The notes under the pieces are model-generated. The model saw nothing but the letters and a program-made list of their open reading frames with translations, had not been told where the DNA came from and did not search any database. The position numbers were made by a program, and so were the translations under genes. Positions 14,533 through 24,952 of a stretch of DNA of 64,000 nucleotides are shown piece after piece (positions within the stretch are counted from its first letter, which is position 1; every line of letters begins with the position of its first letter). This DNA is from Myxococcota bacterium. Its GTDB lineage: Bacteria > Myxococcota_A > Polyangia > Polyangiales > Sandaracinaceae. The stretch is taken from positions 1 to 64,000 of the forward strand of contig JAYZQJ010000125.1 in the NCBI GenBank assembly GCA_036149055.1, given 5' to 3'.

Positions 14533-15582
14533 ATGGCTCTTCGCGCCTGGTGCATGGGGTTGACCCTGCTCGCCGCGTCGTGCGGCGGTGAGGTCGCCCC
14601 TGACGACGCCGCGACGTTCGCGGACGCCGCGGCCGCGCCGGACGCGCGCGTGGTCGGGCTGCCGGACGCGGCGGGGCGGCGCGACGCGGGCCCGGACCGG
14701 CTCGGCCCGCCCTACCCCATCGTGCTCGCGCACGGCTTCTTCGGCTTCGAGGACTTCGCCGGCGTCTCGTTCATCACCTACTTCTACGGCGTGAAGGACG
14801 ACCTCGCCGAGCGCGGCGAGCCGCTCGTCTTCACCCCCGCCGTCGACCCCTTCAACGACTCGGAGACGCGCGGCGAGCAGCTGCTCGCGCACGTGGAGCG
14901 CATCCTCGCCGAGACCGGCCACGCGAAGGTGAACCTCATCGGTCACTCGCAGGGCGGGCTCGACGCGCGCTACGTCGCCGCGATGCGCCCCGACCTCGTC
15001 GAGTCGGTCACCACCTTCGCCACGCCCCACCGCGGCACCCCGATCGCCGACGTCGTGGTGGGCCTGGTCGAGGACGAGCGCGCTCGTGACCTCGCCGACC
15101 GCCTGGTGCGCCTCATCGGCGCCGCGCTCTACGACGCCGCGGGAGAGGAGACGAGCGTCTTCGCTTCGCTCCGCCAGCTCTCGACGCCCGGCATGGACGA
15201 GTTCAACGCGCGCTACCCCAACCAGGAGGGCATCGCCTACTACTCGCTCACCGGCCGCTCCGACCGCCACGACGGTGACCCGGACTGCGACGCCCCCGAT
15301 CGCCCGCGCTTCGTCTACACCCACGACCGCGACCTCGACCCGATCGAGCCGCTCCTCGACATCGCCGAGCAGATCGTCGACGGCGGCAGCGCCGACATCG
15401 TCAACGACGGCCTCGTCCGGGTCCGCGACGCCCGCTGGGGTCGCTTCCTCGGCTGCGTGCCCGCCGACCACTTCGACGAGATCGGCCACCTCTTCGGCGA
15501 CTCCCCCGGCCGCGGCAACGACTGGGACCACCAGGCGTTCTACGCCGACCTCGTCGCCTACCTACGCACTCAGGGGCACTGA
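14533..15582 (+). CDS. Triacylglycerol lipase (family I-like), lipoprotein
   Basis: YPIVLAHGFFG, NLIGHSQGG, TPHRGT, NDGLV, DHFDEIG; LAASC lipobox. Confidence 0.92.
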   Translation: MALRAWCMGLTLLAASCGGEVAPDDAATFADAAAAPDARVVGLPDAAGRRDAGPDRLGPPYPIVLAHGFFGFEDFAGVSFITYFYGVKDDLAERGEPLVFTPAVDPFNDSETRGEQLLAHVERILAETGHAKVNLIGHSQGGLDARYVAAMRPDLVESVTTFATPHRGTPIADVVVGLVEDERARDLADRLVRLIGAALYDAAGEETSVFASLRQLSTPGMDEFNARYPNQEGIAYYSLTGRSDRHDGDPDCDAPDRPRFVYTHDRDLDPIEPLLDIAEQIVDGGSADIVNDGLVRVRDARWGRFLGCVPADHFDEIGHLFGDSPGRGNDWDHQAFYADLVAYLRTQGH

Positions 15583-15589
15583 GGTTTTT

Positions 15590-16001
15590 GGAGGGTTTGG
15601 TGCAAACCCTCCCCCCATTGGGCAAAGCGCCAATGGGGCCCCCCTCCCGACTCCGTCGGCGCCTCGCGCTGCGCGCTCGCGCCGCGACCCCAGCGACGGG
15701 GCGCTGGGGGCCCCTGCGGCTCGCGCTCGCGCTGCGCGCTCGCTGGCCGCCCGCTGCCGCGGGATCGAACACGGGTCGTAGTGCGTGCGGCGACCTCGCT
15801 GCGCTCGTCGCCTGCCGCGCAGTGGTTTGCCCCCTCCCGACTCCGTCGGCGCCTCGCGCTTCGCGCTCGCGCCGCGACCCCAGCGACGGGGCGCTGGGCG
15901 GCCTGCGGCTCGCGCTGCGCGCTCGCTGGCCGCCTGCTGCCGCGGGATCGAACGACTCGTGGGTGGTGCGTGCGGCGAACTCGCTGCGCTCGTCGCCTGC
16001 C
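15590..16001. repeat. Two tandem imperfect ~180 bp repeats (period ~190 bp) preceded by two hairpins
   Basis: cccctcccgactccgtcggcgcctcgcgct...gggatcgaac...tcgctgcgctcgtcgcctgcc at ~15641-15816 and ~15831-16001; hairpins at 15590-15612 and 15613-15638. Confidence 0.85.
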
Positions 16002-16185
16002 ATCGTCTCGGGTCAGTCGCCGCGGAGGCGGGCTTGGACTGCCCCGGCGCCACTGCTTGCCATCAGTCGAGCGCCTACGGAGAACTCTCACTCGACTTCG
16101 AACGTCACGTGCCGATGCGGCACGAACGTGTTTGGTTGCGTGCGGTCGGTCTGGCCCTACCTGGACCCTCGCCCACGGAGTCCGA

Positions 16186-18477
16186 ATGCGTCGCCTCGAG
16201 ATCTTGCTTGGTTGCTCCCTCCTGCTCGTCACCGCCTGTGATGGCGACACCATCCCGCCGCTCCCCGATCGCCCGGTGGTCGACCTCGACTCCGGCGTCG
16301 ACGCCGGCCCGCCGGTCCCCGTCTGCGACGACGGGGTGAAGGGCGGCGACGAGACCGGCATCGACTGCGGCGGCTCGTGTGGGCCGTGCGAGGCGGGCGA
16401 TCCCTGCCGCGTGGCCCAGGACTGCTCCACCGGCGTGTGCGAGCGCAGCTTCTGCCTGCGCGCGAGCTGCACCGACGGCGTGCGGAACGGGGACGAGACC
16501 GGGACCGATTGCGGCGGCGACTGTCCGCTCTGCCCGGGCGGCGAGCCCTGCACCTCCAACGACGAGTGCCTCTCGGATCGCTGCCGCGGCGGCATGTGCG
16601 AGGGCTCGAGCTGCGAGGACGGACGTCAGAACGGTGACGAGACCGACGTGGACTGCGGCGGCGACACCTGCCCGGCCTGCGCCGGGGAGCTGCGCTGCCT
16701 CGACCGCGACGACTGCCTCTCCGGGATCTGCGCCGGGGGCCTGTGCACCACGCCCTCGTGCAACGATCGCCGTCAGAACCAGGACGAGACCTCGGTCGAC
16801 TGTGGTGGCAGCACCTGTCCGGCGTGCCGGGACGGCCTCGCCTGCATGCTCGACATGGACTGCGAGAACAACCGCTGCCTCGACGGCGGCTGCGTGTCCT
16901 GCGTCGACCGGGTGCGCAACGACCAGGAGACCGGCACCGACTGCGGCGGCCCGCTCTGCGATCCCTGCGGCGACGGTCAGACCTGCCTCGTCGACGGAGA
17001 CTGCCTCAACGGCGCCTGCGTCGGCTCGCTCTGCGTCTCCTGCATGGACGGCGAGCTGAACCGCGACGAGACCGACGTCGACTGCGGCGGCACCCACTGC
17101 GCCGGCTGCCTCGTCGGTCAGACCTGCTTCGTCGACGGGGACTGCGCCTCGAACGACTGCGACGCCGGCATCTGCCGCGGCCGCGGCGACACCTGCGCGC
17201 CCGGCGACATCATCACGCTGACCCCCGGCACCCAGACCATCAACTGGGTCGCGAGCGGCAACGACTACCTGTCCGGCGGCGTGAGCTGCACCGGCACCAG
17301 CGTCGACGGCCCGGACGTCGTCATGGAGTACACCGCGACGGTCGACGGCTTCCTCAGCTGGGAGATGACCAAGCCCGCCTCGACGCGCTACGCGGTGGTG
17401 GTCAGCGACGCGCCCTGCGGCACCACGACGCCCGAGGTCCAGTGCGTCTCCGACTTCTCGCCGACGGTGCTCCGCGGGCAGTTCCCGGTCACCACCGGCA
17501 CCACCTACACGTTCTACGTCATCGATACGACGTCGGGCACGATGCCGCTGGTCAACCCGTTCGACTTCACGGTCACCGAGGTGGTCCCGCCGTGCACGCC
17601 CGGGAGCGGCGGCATGGTCGGCACCACGGTCACGCGGTACCCGACGAGCCTCTCCGGCACCTCGTTCACCGAGTACTACCTGGTCGCCGACGACGCGCCC
17701 GGCGGGTTCGTCTACGTCGGCGGCACCGGCAACACCTACCGGCTCCCGAAGGTCGGCGGCACGGCGACCGACATCGAGGCGCTCGGCGGGCTGACGTTCT
17801 CGGAGCAGGGCTACGAGCTGGCGGTGGCCGGCTCCGAGGTCTTCACCGTCGACTCGATCACGTCCGGCACCTCCGGCCGCCTCTACCGGGTCACCAGCGA
17901 CGGCGGGGCGACCTGGACGCGGCAGGACTACGCGACCTTCTCGCCCTCGCCCCAGGACGACTTCCGCAGCGCGGTGTCGGACGGCACGAACCTCTACCTG
18001 ATCACCCACGAGTTCACGACCACGGTGGGCTCGGAGATCTGGAGCGTGCCGCTCGCGGCCGGGTCGGTCCCCGCGACCGCCACCCTCATCGGCTCGATCC
18101 CGCACAACAACTGCAGCGGGCTCGCGGTCGACTCGCGCTACTTCTACACCGCCTGCCAGACGAACGACGAGGTGGTGCGCGTCGACCGGACGACCCTCGC
18201 GACCGAGGTCGTCAGCGGGCTCCTCGATCTCAGCTCGACCCGCAACAGCGTGCAGGCGCACGACACCGACATGGACGGGGTGGCGGACATCCTCTACGTG
18301 AACGCGTCCACCGAGGACGTCTTCTTCGTCTGCGGCCTCGGCACGCCGACGCCCTTCACCGGGCCCCTCGTCAGCTGGGGCGGCTCCACCTCGAACTACG
18401 GCCTCGGCTTCGACGCGGCGACGAGCACGCTGTACGCCTGGGACGACGACACCCGCGAGCTGCTCGAGATCCGCTGA
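16186..18477 (+). CDS. Cysteine-rich repeat surface lipoprotein with beta-rich C-terminal domains
   Basis: LVTAC lipobox; six C.DG..N.DET.VDCGG..C..C..G..C....DC....C....C repeats; Thr/Ser-rich C-terminus. Confidence 0.9.
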   Translation: MRRLEILLGCSLLLVTACDGDTIPPLPDRPVVDLDSGVDAGPPVPVCDDGVKGGDETGIDCGGSCGPCEAGDPCRVAQDCSTGVCERSFCLRASCTDGVRNGDETGTDCGGDCPLCPGGEPCTSNDECLSDRCRGGMCEGSSCEDGRQNGDETDVDCGGDTCPACAGELRCLDRDDCLSGICAGGLCTTPSCNDRRQNQDETSVDCGGSTCPACRDGLACMLDMDCENNRCLDGGCVSCVDRVRNDQETGTDCGGPLCDPCGDGQTCLVDGDCLNGACVGSLCVSCMDGELNRDETDVDCGGTHCAGCLVGQTCFVDGDCASNDCDAGICRGRGDTCAPGDIITLTPGTQTINWVASGNDYLSGGVSCTGTSVDGPDVVMEYTATVDGFLSWEMTKPASTRYAVVVSDAPCGTTTPEVQCVSDFSPTVLRGQFPVTTGTTYTFYVIDTTSGTMPLVNPFDFTVTEVVPPCTPGSGGMVGTTVTRYPTSLSGTSFTEYYLVADDAPGGFVYVGGTGNTYRLPKVGGTATDIEALGGLTFSEQGYELAVAGSEVFTVDSITSGTSGRLYRVTSDGGATWTRQDYATFSPSPQDDFRSAVSDGTNLYLITHEFTTTVGSEIWSVPLAAGSVPATATLIGSIPHNNCSGLAVDSRYFYTACQTNDEVVRVDRTTLATEVVSGLLDLSSTRNSVQAHDTDMDGVADILYVNASTEDVFFVCGLGTPTPFTGPLVSWGGSTSNYGLGFDAATSTLYAWDDDTRELLEIR

Positions 18478-18486
18478 CGCTCGCGT

Positions 18487-21400
18487 CTATTCGGTGCGGG
18501 ACGGCGGCGGCGCGGTGGGCTCGTCGTCGTCCAGCTCGACCAGGCCGCTGATGTCGTCGAGGGGCTCGAGCTCGTCGATCTCCTCGATCTCCTCCAGCTC
18601 CTCGTCGAGCTCGACCACGTCGGAGAGGGCGTCGAACGACTCGAGCTCCTCCGGCGCGTCGTCGATGAGCTCGATCTCGCCGGTCCCGAGCGCCTCGACG
18701 TCGGGCTGCACGTCGTCGTCGCGGAGCTGATCGAAGACGTCGTCGGCCACCGCCGTGTAGTCGTCCTCGAAGTCCGCCTCCGGCATGCCCGGCATCGGCG
18801 CCGAGACGAAGGCCAGCGCGTCGTCCATGCCCTCGCTCGGCGGGGCCTCGGACGGCCGGCGCAGGTCTCCGGGGGAGAGCTTCTTGGTCTCCCGCGGCGC
18901 GAGCGGCTCGGGCCCGGGTGGGGGCGGCGGCTCCGTCACCGGCTCCGCCTCGGCGGGCGGCGCGCGGAGCTGCGCGGTCTCGGCCTCGCTCCCGGCCGTC
19001 GGCGCGACCTCCTCGTAGGCGGCGTCCTGGAGCGCCGCCTGGAGCTCCTCCCGCAGGCCGTCGTCGAGCATCGTGGAGGACGAGTCCACCGACTCGGGCG
19101 CGGTCAGGTCCGCGAAGTCGGGGGCCGGCGTCTCGTCGCTCGGCGGCGCGAGGCTCTCGTCGGTGGAGTGCGGGAGCGAGATCGCCAGGTCGCTGATCTC
19201 CTCGCCCCGTCGCCCGCCCTCCTCGAGCCGCGCGATCGCGGCCGTCGCCTCCGGGTCGCCGGGCGCCTCCCGCAGCACCTTCTGCCACGCCTCGAGCGCC
19301 TCCCAGCGGTTCTGCAGCGCGGCGTCCCACACCCGCGCGACCTCGCGGCGGAGCTCCAGCTTCTGCGCCGGGTCCTCCTCGCCTCGCAGATCGCGCTGGA
19401 GCGCCACCAGGAGATCCTGGTGCTTGCCCGCCGCGCGCAGCGCCTGGCGCAGCCGGCCCCGGGCCTCGGGCGACCCGGAGGTGACGGTGGAGAGGCGTGA
19501 CCAGACCTCGGCCGCGTCCTCGTGGCGCCCGAACGCGCCCTCGAGCAGGTCGCCGCGGCGCCGGAGCAGGCCCGCCGCGGTCTGGCTGTCGAGCGCCTCC
19601 TCCACGAGGTGGGCGAGGTGATGGTCCAGCTCCCCGAGCTTGGCCTGGGCGTGCGCCTCGGCGGTCAGCGCGTCGAGCACCTCGTCTTCGCTCGGGGCGA
19701 AGCTGGCCGCGCGCTTGAGCACCGCGAAGCCGTCGCCCGGCGAGGCGAGCTGCTCGCGGAGGATCCGGGACGCCCGGAGCAGCAGGCGCGCCCCGCCGAC
19801 CGGATCCTCCTCCATGTCCTCGGCCAGCCCGGCCATGATCTCGACCAGCGCGCGCTGCAGCCCCTCGGCGCCCGGGCGCGCGTCGAGCTCGGCGGCGAGG
19901 GCCTCCACCGGCTCGAGCGTCTCGGGGGCGCGCACGCCGAGGGCGACCGCCTGGGCGAGGTAGTGCACGGCGCGCTGCCGGTCGCGGAGCTCGGCCTCGC
20001 AGAGCCGCGCCGCCCGGAGCAGCGCCTCGACTCGCCCGGTGTCGGTCTCCGCCGCGCTCTTGCGCTTGTCGTAGGTGATCAGCAGCTCGTCGGCGCGGCC
20101 GGCCCGCGGGGCCCGGGCCTCCGCCAGCGCCAGCACCGCGTCGTCGTCGGGCGCGAGGGAGCAGGCCCGCAGGGTCTGGTCGAGGGCGCCCGAGGGGTCG
20201 CCGCTCCGCTCGTCGAGGAGCTGCGCGTGCCGGAGCAGCAGCTCCACCTTGCGGGGCGCGTCGTCCGCCTTGCGCACCAGGGTCTCGTAGACCTGCCCGA
20301 GCCGCTCCCAGAGGTTGCCCTTCTCGGCCAGCCGATCCGCCTCGTCGAGGATCTCGGGGTCGTCGAGATCGACCGCGAAGGCGCGGAGCGCGGCCTCGAG
20401 CGCGTCGGAGAGCGCGTCGAGCTCCTCCTCGTAGACGCGCGCCGCGTCGAGCCACCGCCGCCGCTGGGTCGCCGGGTCGGGGCTGTCCTTGGCGAGCCCG
20501 ACGTAGAGCTCGGCGAGCTGCTCGCCGCGGCCCGCGCCCTTGGCCAGCGCCCGCAGATCCGCCTCGGCCTCCTCGTCGCCGGCGTCGACCCGCGGGGCGA
20601 GGCGGGCCCAGGCGCCGTCCACGTCGCCGAGCTGGCGGTAGGCGATCTCCGCGCTGCGCCGGGTCAGCTGCGAGGCCGCCGACGGGTCGTCGCGCCGATC
20701 GGCGAGCGCGTCGAGCACCCCGACCAGGTCCTGCCAGCGGCTCGCGCTCTCGAGCAGCGGGGCGAGGCGCTCGAGCGGGCTCGGGTCCGCGGGGTCCGCC
20801 TGCGCCCAGGCGTAGAGCGCGTCCACCGCGCGGGCGACCTGAGGCGCCTCCGACTCGTGCAGGTCCGAGAGCCGTCGCGCGACCGGGACGCGCAGCCCCG
20901 GATCCTCGACCACGTCGAGCTGGCGCCAGAGCGCGTCCGCGAGCCCGTCGAGGTCGCCCTGCGCCTCGGAGAGCTGGGCCAGGTGCTGGAGGGCCCCGAG
21001 GTGATCGGGGGCGAGCTCCTTGACCACCCGGCGCAGGCACACGATCGCGTCCTTCGGGCGGTCGAGCCGCTCGGCGAGCACGTCGGCGCGCTCGAGCAGC
21101 ATCTCCTTGCGCTCCTCGGCGTCGCCGGTGAGCGGCTCGAGCCGGGCGAGCGCGTCGGCGAGCGCCTCGGGGTCGTCCTTGCGGGTGGCGTGGCGGCGCA
21201 GGAAGCGCAGCGCCTCCTCGTCCTCGCCCGCCGCCAGGACCTCGCGCCAGGCCTCGGCCGCGCCGTCGTGGTTGCCGACCGGGTGGGCCAGGGTGCGCGC
21301 GATCCGGCGATAGAGCTCCGCGCGGCGGGTCGCGTCGTCCTCGCGCTGGGCGGTCTCGCGGAGCAGCACCACCAGGTCGCGGAACCGCTCGGCGCGATCG

Positions 21401-23607
21401 TAGACGGCGCAGAGCGCGTCCAGGATGCCGACGCTGCGCGGGGACAGCTCGAGGGCGCGCCCGTAGAGCTCCGCCGCCCGATCCAGGTCGTTGAGCGCCT
21501 CGTCGGCGATGCCGGCCATGCGGACCAGGACCGCGGACTTCTCGCTCTTCTCGAGGACCTCGGCCTTGTAGGAGAGGGTCGAGAGCAGGCGCTCGTGGCG
21601 CCCGGCCTGCTCGTCGATGCCGACCATGTGCGCGATCGCCTCGGGGTCGGCCGGGTTCTCGTCGAGCAGCCGCGCCCAGGTCTCGAACGCGCCCTCCTCG
21701 TCGCCCACGTGCTCCTCGAGGATCGTGGCGAGCAGCCGGAGCAGCCGCGCGCGCTCGTCCCCGCCCGTCTCGTCGATCCGGCGGCGAAGGAGCGGGATGG
21801 CCTCGAGGTAGGCGCCGGCCTCGACCAGGGCGTCGCTCAGCGCGTCGCGCGCGTCGACGTCGCCGGGGAGGAGATCGCGCAGGTTGCGCCACGCCTCGAT
21901 CGCCGCCTCGAGGTCGCCGCGGTGATCGCGGTGCACCTCGGCCACCTGCCGATAGAGGTCGGCCTTCGGCTCGACCTCGGTCACCGTCAGCGCCTCGCGC
22001 TCGAGCAGCTCGACGAGCTGATCCCAGCGCTCGGCCTGCCGGAGCAGCCGCTTCAGGTGGGAGCGCGCCTCGACGTCCGCCGGGTCGAGCGCGGTGACGC
22101 CGCGCCACGCGCTGATCGCGCCGTCGACGTCGGCGAGGTGCTTCTCGCTGAGGGAGGCGACGTGCTTGAGGCGCTGCGTGCGCTCGGCCGCGCTCAGCCC
22201 GCTGACCCGGGAGGCGGCGAGGAGCGCGTTCCGGAGCGGCGTCCAGTCGCCGGTCTTGCGGCAGCTCTCCTCGAGCAGGTGGAGCGCCTCGGGGTCGCCG
22301 GGCTCGATGTCGAGGATCTGCGCGCCGAGCTCCCCCGCCCGCTCGAGCTCGCCGCGATCCCGCAGCGCCGCGACCAGCTCGCGGAGGCGAGGGACGCGCT
22401 TGTCCGGCGGCAGGCCCTGAGCGGCCACCCCGAGCGCGCGCACCACGTCGTCGTGCCGGCCGACCTGCCGGTAGAGCGTGACCAGCTCCTCGGCCGCCTC
22501 CGGGTCGCCCGCCTCGAGCAGCCACTCCAGGCAGGTGATCGCGTAGTCGACCTGGCCGGCGTCGAGGTAGGCGCGGGCGAGCGCCTTGCGGCGGCGCCCG
22601 CTCTCCGGGCGGTCCGGCGCGTGAGCGAGGTAGGCGACCCAGCGCTGCGGCAGCCGCCCACGCTGGCCGACCTCGTCCACCATGCGCTCGTAGAGGAGCA
22701 TCGCGCCGTCGTGATCGGGGCGCGCGTCGAGCGCCTGCTCCAGGTAGGCGAGCGCGTGATCGGTCGGGACCTGCTGCGCCATCTGGTAGAGCAGGTCGGC
22801 GGCCCGGTGCCGGTCCGAGGCGCGCACGTGGTCGTCGCCGGTGCGCTCGGCGCGGGTCAGGTACACCCGCGCGAGGTCGCGCATGATCTCGAGGTCGCCG
22901 GGCGCGTCGCTCAGCGCGCGCTTGAGCGCCCGCGCGGCGCCCTCCTGGTCGTCGAGGTGCTCGGCCCGGAGGTGGGCGAGCTCGCGCCAGAGCGCGTTCT
23001 TCCGCGCCGCGTCGAGCTCCGCCTTCGCCTCCTTCTCGAGCAGGGTCGCGGCGGCCTTCATGTTGCCGGCGGCCCGGTAGATCTCGCGGGCCGCGTAGAG
23101 CGCGGCGACGAAGCTCGGGTCGAGCTCGAACGCGCGGCGGTAGTGGTTGACGGCCTTGTCGACGCGGGAGAAGCGGTGCTCCCAGATCTCGCCCAGCTGG
23201 TGATAGAGCAGCGCGACGTCGCGCGGGTCCGCGCCCGCCTTCTGGAGCGCCCCGGCCTGCTTCTCGAGCAGGTCGGCCAGCCGCCGCATCTCGCCGCCGT
23301 CCTCGAAGAGGCCGCGCAGCCGGAGGAAGCTGTCCTGGTGGCGCGGGTCGAGCGAGAGCGCCCGCTCGTACATGCGGACCGCCCGCTCGCGATCGGAGAG
23401 CGCGCCGAGCACGAGCTCCCCCGCCTCGTACATCGCGTGGGCCCCGGCCCCCCGGTCGGAGGCGCGCCCGGCCCAGCCCTCGAGCAGGTTGGCGAGGGAC
23501 GCGTAGTCGCCGATCCGCTGGTAGTGCGCGCGCAGCGAGGCGAACGCCTCCGGGTCGTCCGGATTGCGCCTCAGGCGCGCGATGAGCTCTTGCGCGGTGG
23601 CGTCCAT
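18487..23607 (-). CDS. Giant TPR protein (AgmK-like myxobacterial family) with acidic tail
   Basis: About 1700 aa of helical repeats (A...Y..AL.LDP); Asp/Glu-rich C-terminus. Confidence 0.9.
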   Translation of the reverse strand: MDATAQELIARLRRNPDDPEAFASLRAHYQRIGDYASLANLLEGWAGRASDRGAGAHAMYEAGELVLGALSDRERAVRMYERALSLDPRHQDSFLRLRGLFEDGGEMRRLADLLEKQAGALQKAGADPRDVALLYHQLGEIWEHRFSRVDKAVNHYRRAFELDPSFVAALYAAREIYRAAGNMKAAATLLEKEAKAELDAARKNALWRELAHLRAEHLDDQEGAARALKRALSDAPGDLEIMRDLARVYLTRAERTGDDHVRASDRHRAADLLYQMAQQVPTDHALAYLEQALDARPDHDGAMLLYERMVDEVGQRGRLPQRWVAYLAHAPDRPESGRRRKALARAYLDAGQVDYAITCLEWLLEAGDPEAAEELVTLYRQVGRHDDVVRALGVAAQGLPPDKRVPRLRELVAALRDRGELERAGELGAQILDIEPGDPEALHLLEESCRKTGDWTPLRNALLAASRVSGLSAAERTQRLKHVASLSEKHLADVDGAISAWRGVTALDPADVEARSHLKRLLRQAERWDQLVELLEREALTVTEVEPKADLYRQVAEVHRDHRGDLEAAIEAWRNLRDLLPGDVDARDALSDALVEAGAYLEAIPLLRRRIDETGGDERARLLRLLATILEEHVGDEEGAFETWARLLDENPADPEAIAHMVGIDEQAGRHERLLSTLSYKAEVLEKSEKSAVLVRMAGIADEALNDLDRAAELYGRALELSPRSVGILDALCAVYDRAERFRDLVVLLRETAQREDDATRRAELYRRIARTLAHPVGNHDGAAEAWREVLAAGEDEEALRFLRRHATRKDDPEALADALARLEPLTGDAEERKEMLLERADVLAERLDRPKDAIVCLRRVVKELAPDHLGALQHLAQLSEAQGDLDGLADALWRQLDVVEDPGLRVPVARRLSDLHESEAPQVARAVDALYAWAQADPADPSPLERLAPLLESASRWQDLVGVLDALADRRDDPSAASQLTRRSAEIAYRQLGDVDGAWARLAPRVDAGDEEAEADLRALAKGAGRGEQLAELYVGLAKDSPDPATQRRRWLDAARVYEEELDALSDALEAALRAFAVDLDDPEILDEADRLAEKGNLWERLGQVYETLVRKADDAPRKVELLLRHAQLLDERSGDPSGALDQTLRACSLAPDDDAVLALAEARAPRAGRADELLITYDKRKSAAETDTGRVEALLRAARLCEAELRDRQRAVHYLAQAVALGVRAPETLEPVEALAAELDARPGAEGLQRALVEIMAGLAEDMEEDPVGGARLLLRASRILREQLASPGDGFAVLKRAASFAPSEDEVLDALTAEAHAQAKLGELDHHLAHLVEEALDSQTAAGLLRRRGDLLEGAFGRHEDAAEVWSRLSTVTSGSPEARGRLRQALRAAGKHQDLLVALQRDLRGEEDPAQKLELRREVARVWDAALQNRWEALEAWQKVLREAPGDPEATAAIARLEEGGRRGEEISDLAISLPHSTDESLAPPSDETPAPDFADLTAPESVDSSSTMLDDGLREELQAALQDAAYEEVAPTAGSEAETAQLRAPPAEAEPVTEPPPPPGPEPLAPRETKKLSPGDLRRPSEAPPSEGMDDALAFVSAPMPGMPEADFEDDYTAVADDVFDQLRDDDVQPDVEALGTGEIELIDDAPEELESFDALSDVVELDEELEEIEEIDELEPLDDISGLVELDDDEPTAPPPSRTE

Positions 23608-23700
23608 GAGCGAGGCGGATCCCCGGGCAGCCAAGGGGCCGACGGCCCGCCGGAGCGCGCTCGCAACGTACCACGGAACGTCCCGAACCGGACGCCCGGA

Positions 23701-24177
23701 TCACTCGGGGGAGCGCGGGGGGACCAGCTGACGGCTGCGGAAGAAGGCGTGGCCCTCGACCGGGCGCCGGTCCACGAAGGCGGCGTCGACCTCGTGCCAG
23801 TGCGTGATCTGCCGCTCGCCGAGCTGCCAGCTGAGGAAGACCTCGCGCTGGCCGTCGATGACCGAGCGGAAGGCCACCCGGCCGCGCTCGAGATCCTGGA
23901 CGACGACGCCCATGCCCTCGAGGATCCGGCCCTGCTCGATCGCGGTGTCGCCGAGCGCGATGGCCTTGTGGAGCAGGCCGGCCAGCTCGGGGCGATCGTC
24001 GGGCAGATCGTCCTCGTCCGGCGCTCCTCCGGCCAGCGCCGGGGGCTGCACGCCGGCCTCCGCGAGCTGTCTCGCGATCCGCTGCGCCTGCCCCAGCAGC
24101 TGCGTGCACCGGCCGAGCACGGTGGCGATCCGGGGGATGAGCGCGTTCGCCTCCGCCAGGGTGAAGGTGCGCGTCAC
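23701..24177 (-). CDS. DUF2203 family protein
   Basis: FTLAEANALIP, GVVVQDLERGRVAF, REVFLSWQLGE..ITHWH....F..RRP. Confidence 0.8.
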   Translation of the reverse strand: MTRTFTLAEANALIPRIATVLGRCTQLLGQAQRIARQLAEAGVQPPALAGGAPDEDDLPDDRPELAGLLHKAIALGDTAIEQGRILEGMGVVVQDLERGRVAFRSVIDGQREVFLSWQLGERQITHWHEVDAAFVDRRPVEGHAFFRSRQLVPPRSPE

Positions 24178-24208
24178 GACTGAATGGGTAACGCTCTTCG
24201 CGCAGGAA

Positions 24209-24952
24209 TCAAGAGGTCCACTCGCCGAGATACTTCGGGAGCATCTCGCGCCAGGTCTCCCAGTCGTGGTGCCAGCTCGGGCCCCAGGAGTCGACCCAGT
24301 TGGGGACCTTCCGGTCGCCGAGGATCCGGGCCATGTTCCAGCTCTCCTGGACCGCCTCCGCCCGCCCCTCGCCGGAGGCCAGGAGCACGAAGCGCTGCCG
24401 CAGGAGGGCGAGCCGCGGATCGTCCTCGCCCAGCTCGGGCAGGAAGCGGAGCGGCACCGACACGAAGTAGTCGTGGGTGTAGCGATCGACGCCGGCGAAG
24501 CGGAGGATGTCGTAGGTGCCGCTCATGCCGAGGGCGCGGTGGAAGACGTCCGGGAAGCGGCAGACCATCGCCACCGCGTGCAGGGCGCCGATCGACGCGC
24601 CGGCGGTCCAGATCGGCAGCCCGTCGGTCCGGCAGTCGGCGTAGATCGCCGGCACCACCTCGTGCCGCACGTACTGATGGAACTGGTTCATCAGCCACAT
24701 GCGGTGGCCGAGGTCCCCCTCCTCGGCGAACCAGGCCTGCCCGGCCACCGAGTCGCAGGAGTAGACCTTGACCTTGCCGGCGGCGAGCAGCGGCCGGAGC
24801 GCCCGGATCATCTGCCAGCGCTGGATCTCCTCGGCGTCGCCCCCCGCGGTCGGGAACACGAGCACCGGGACGCCGAAGTGGCCCCAGCGGCTGAGCCGGA
24901 CCTCGCGCCCGACCCGGTCGCTGTACCAGACGCTCGTCTCGTAGAGGCTCAC
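24209..24952 (-). CDS. Esterase family alpha/beta hydrolase
   Basis: WGHFGVPVLVFPTAGG, GASIG nucleophile elbow, MSGTYD, HHDWETW; GTGA overlap with upstream gene. Confidence 0.88.
   Translation of the reverse strand: MSLYETSVWYSDRVGREVRLSRWGHFGVPVLVFPTAGGDAEEIQRWQMIRALRPLLAAGKVKVYSCDSVAGQAWFAEEGDLGHRMWLMNQFHQYVRHEVVPAIYADCRTDGLPIWTAGASIGALHAVAMVCRFPDVFHRALGMSGTYDILRFAGVDRYTHDYFVSVPLRFLPELGEDDPRLALLRQRFVLLASGEGRAEAVQESWNMARILGDRKVPNWVDSWGPSWHHDWETWREMLPKYLGEWTS

Noticed and set aside
15641..16001. Possible CRISPR array
   Set aside because: Only two long units, no short repeat with unique spacers, no cas genes
19522..24183. 1553-aa plus-strand ORF and 1912-aa alternate-frame ORF over the TPR gene, and similar long ORFs over gyrB, glgA and the amidohydrolase
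   Set aside because: Antisense or frame-shifted shadows expected at very high GC; Arg/Pro/Ala-rich or mirror composition with no motifs
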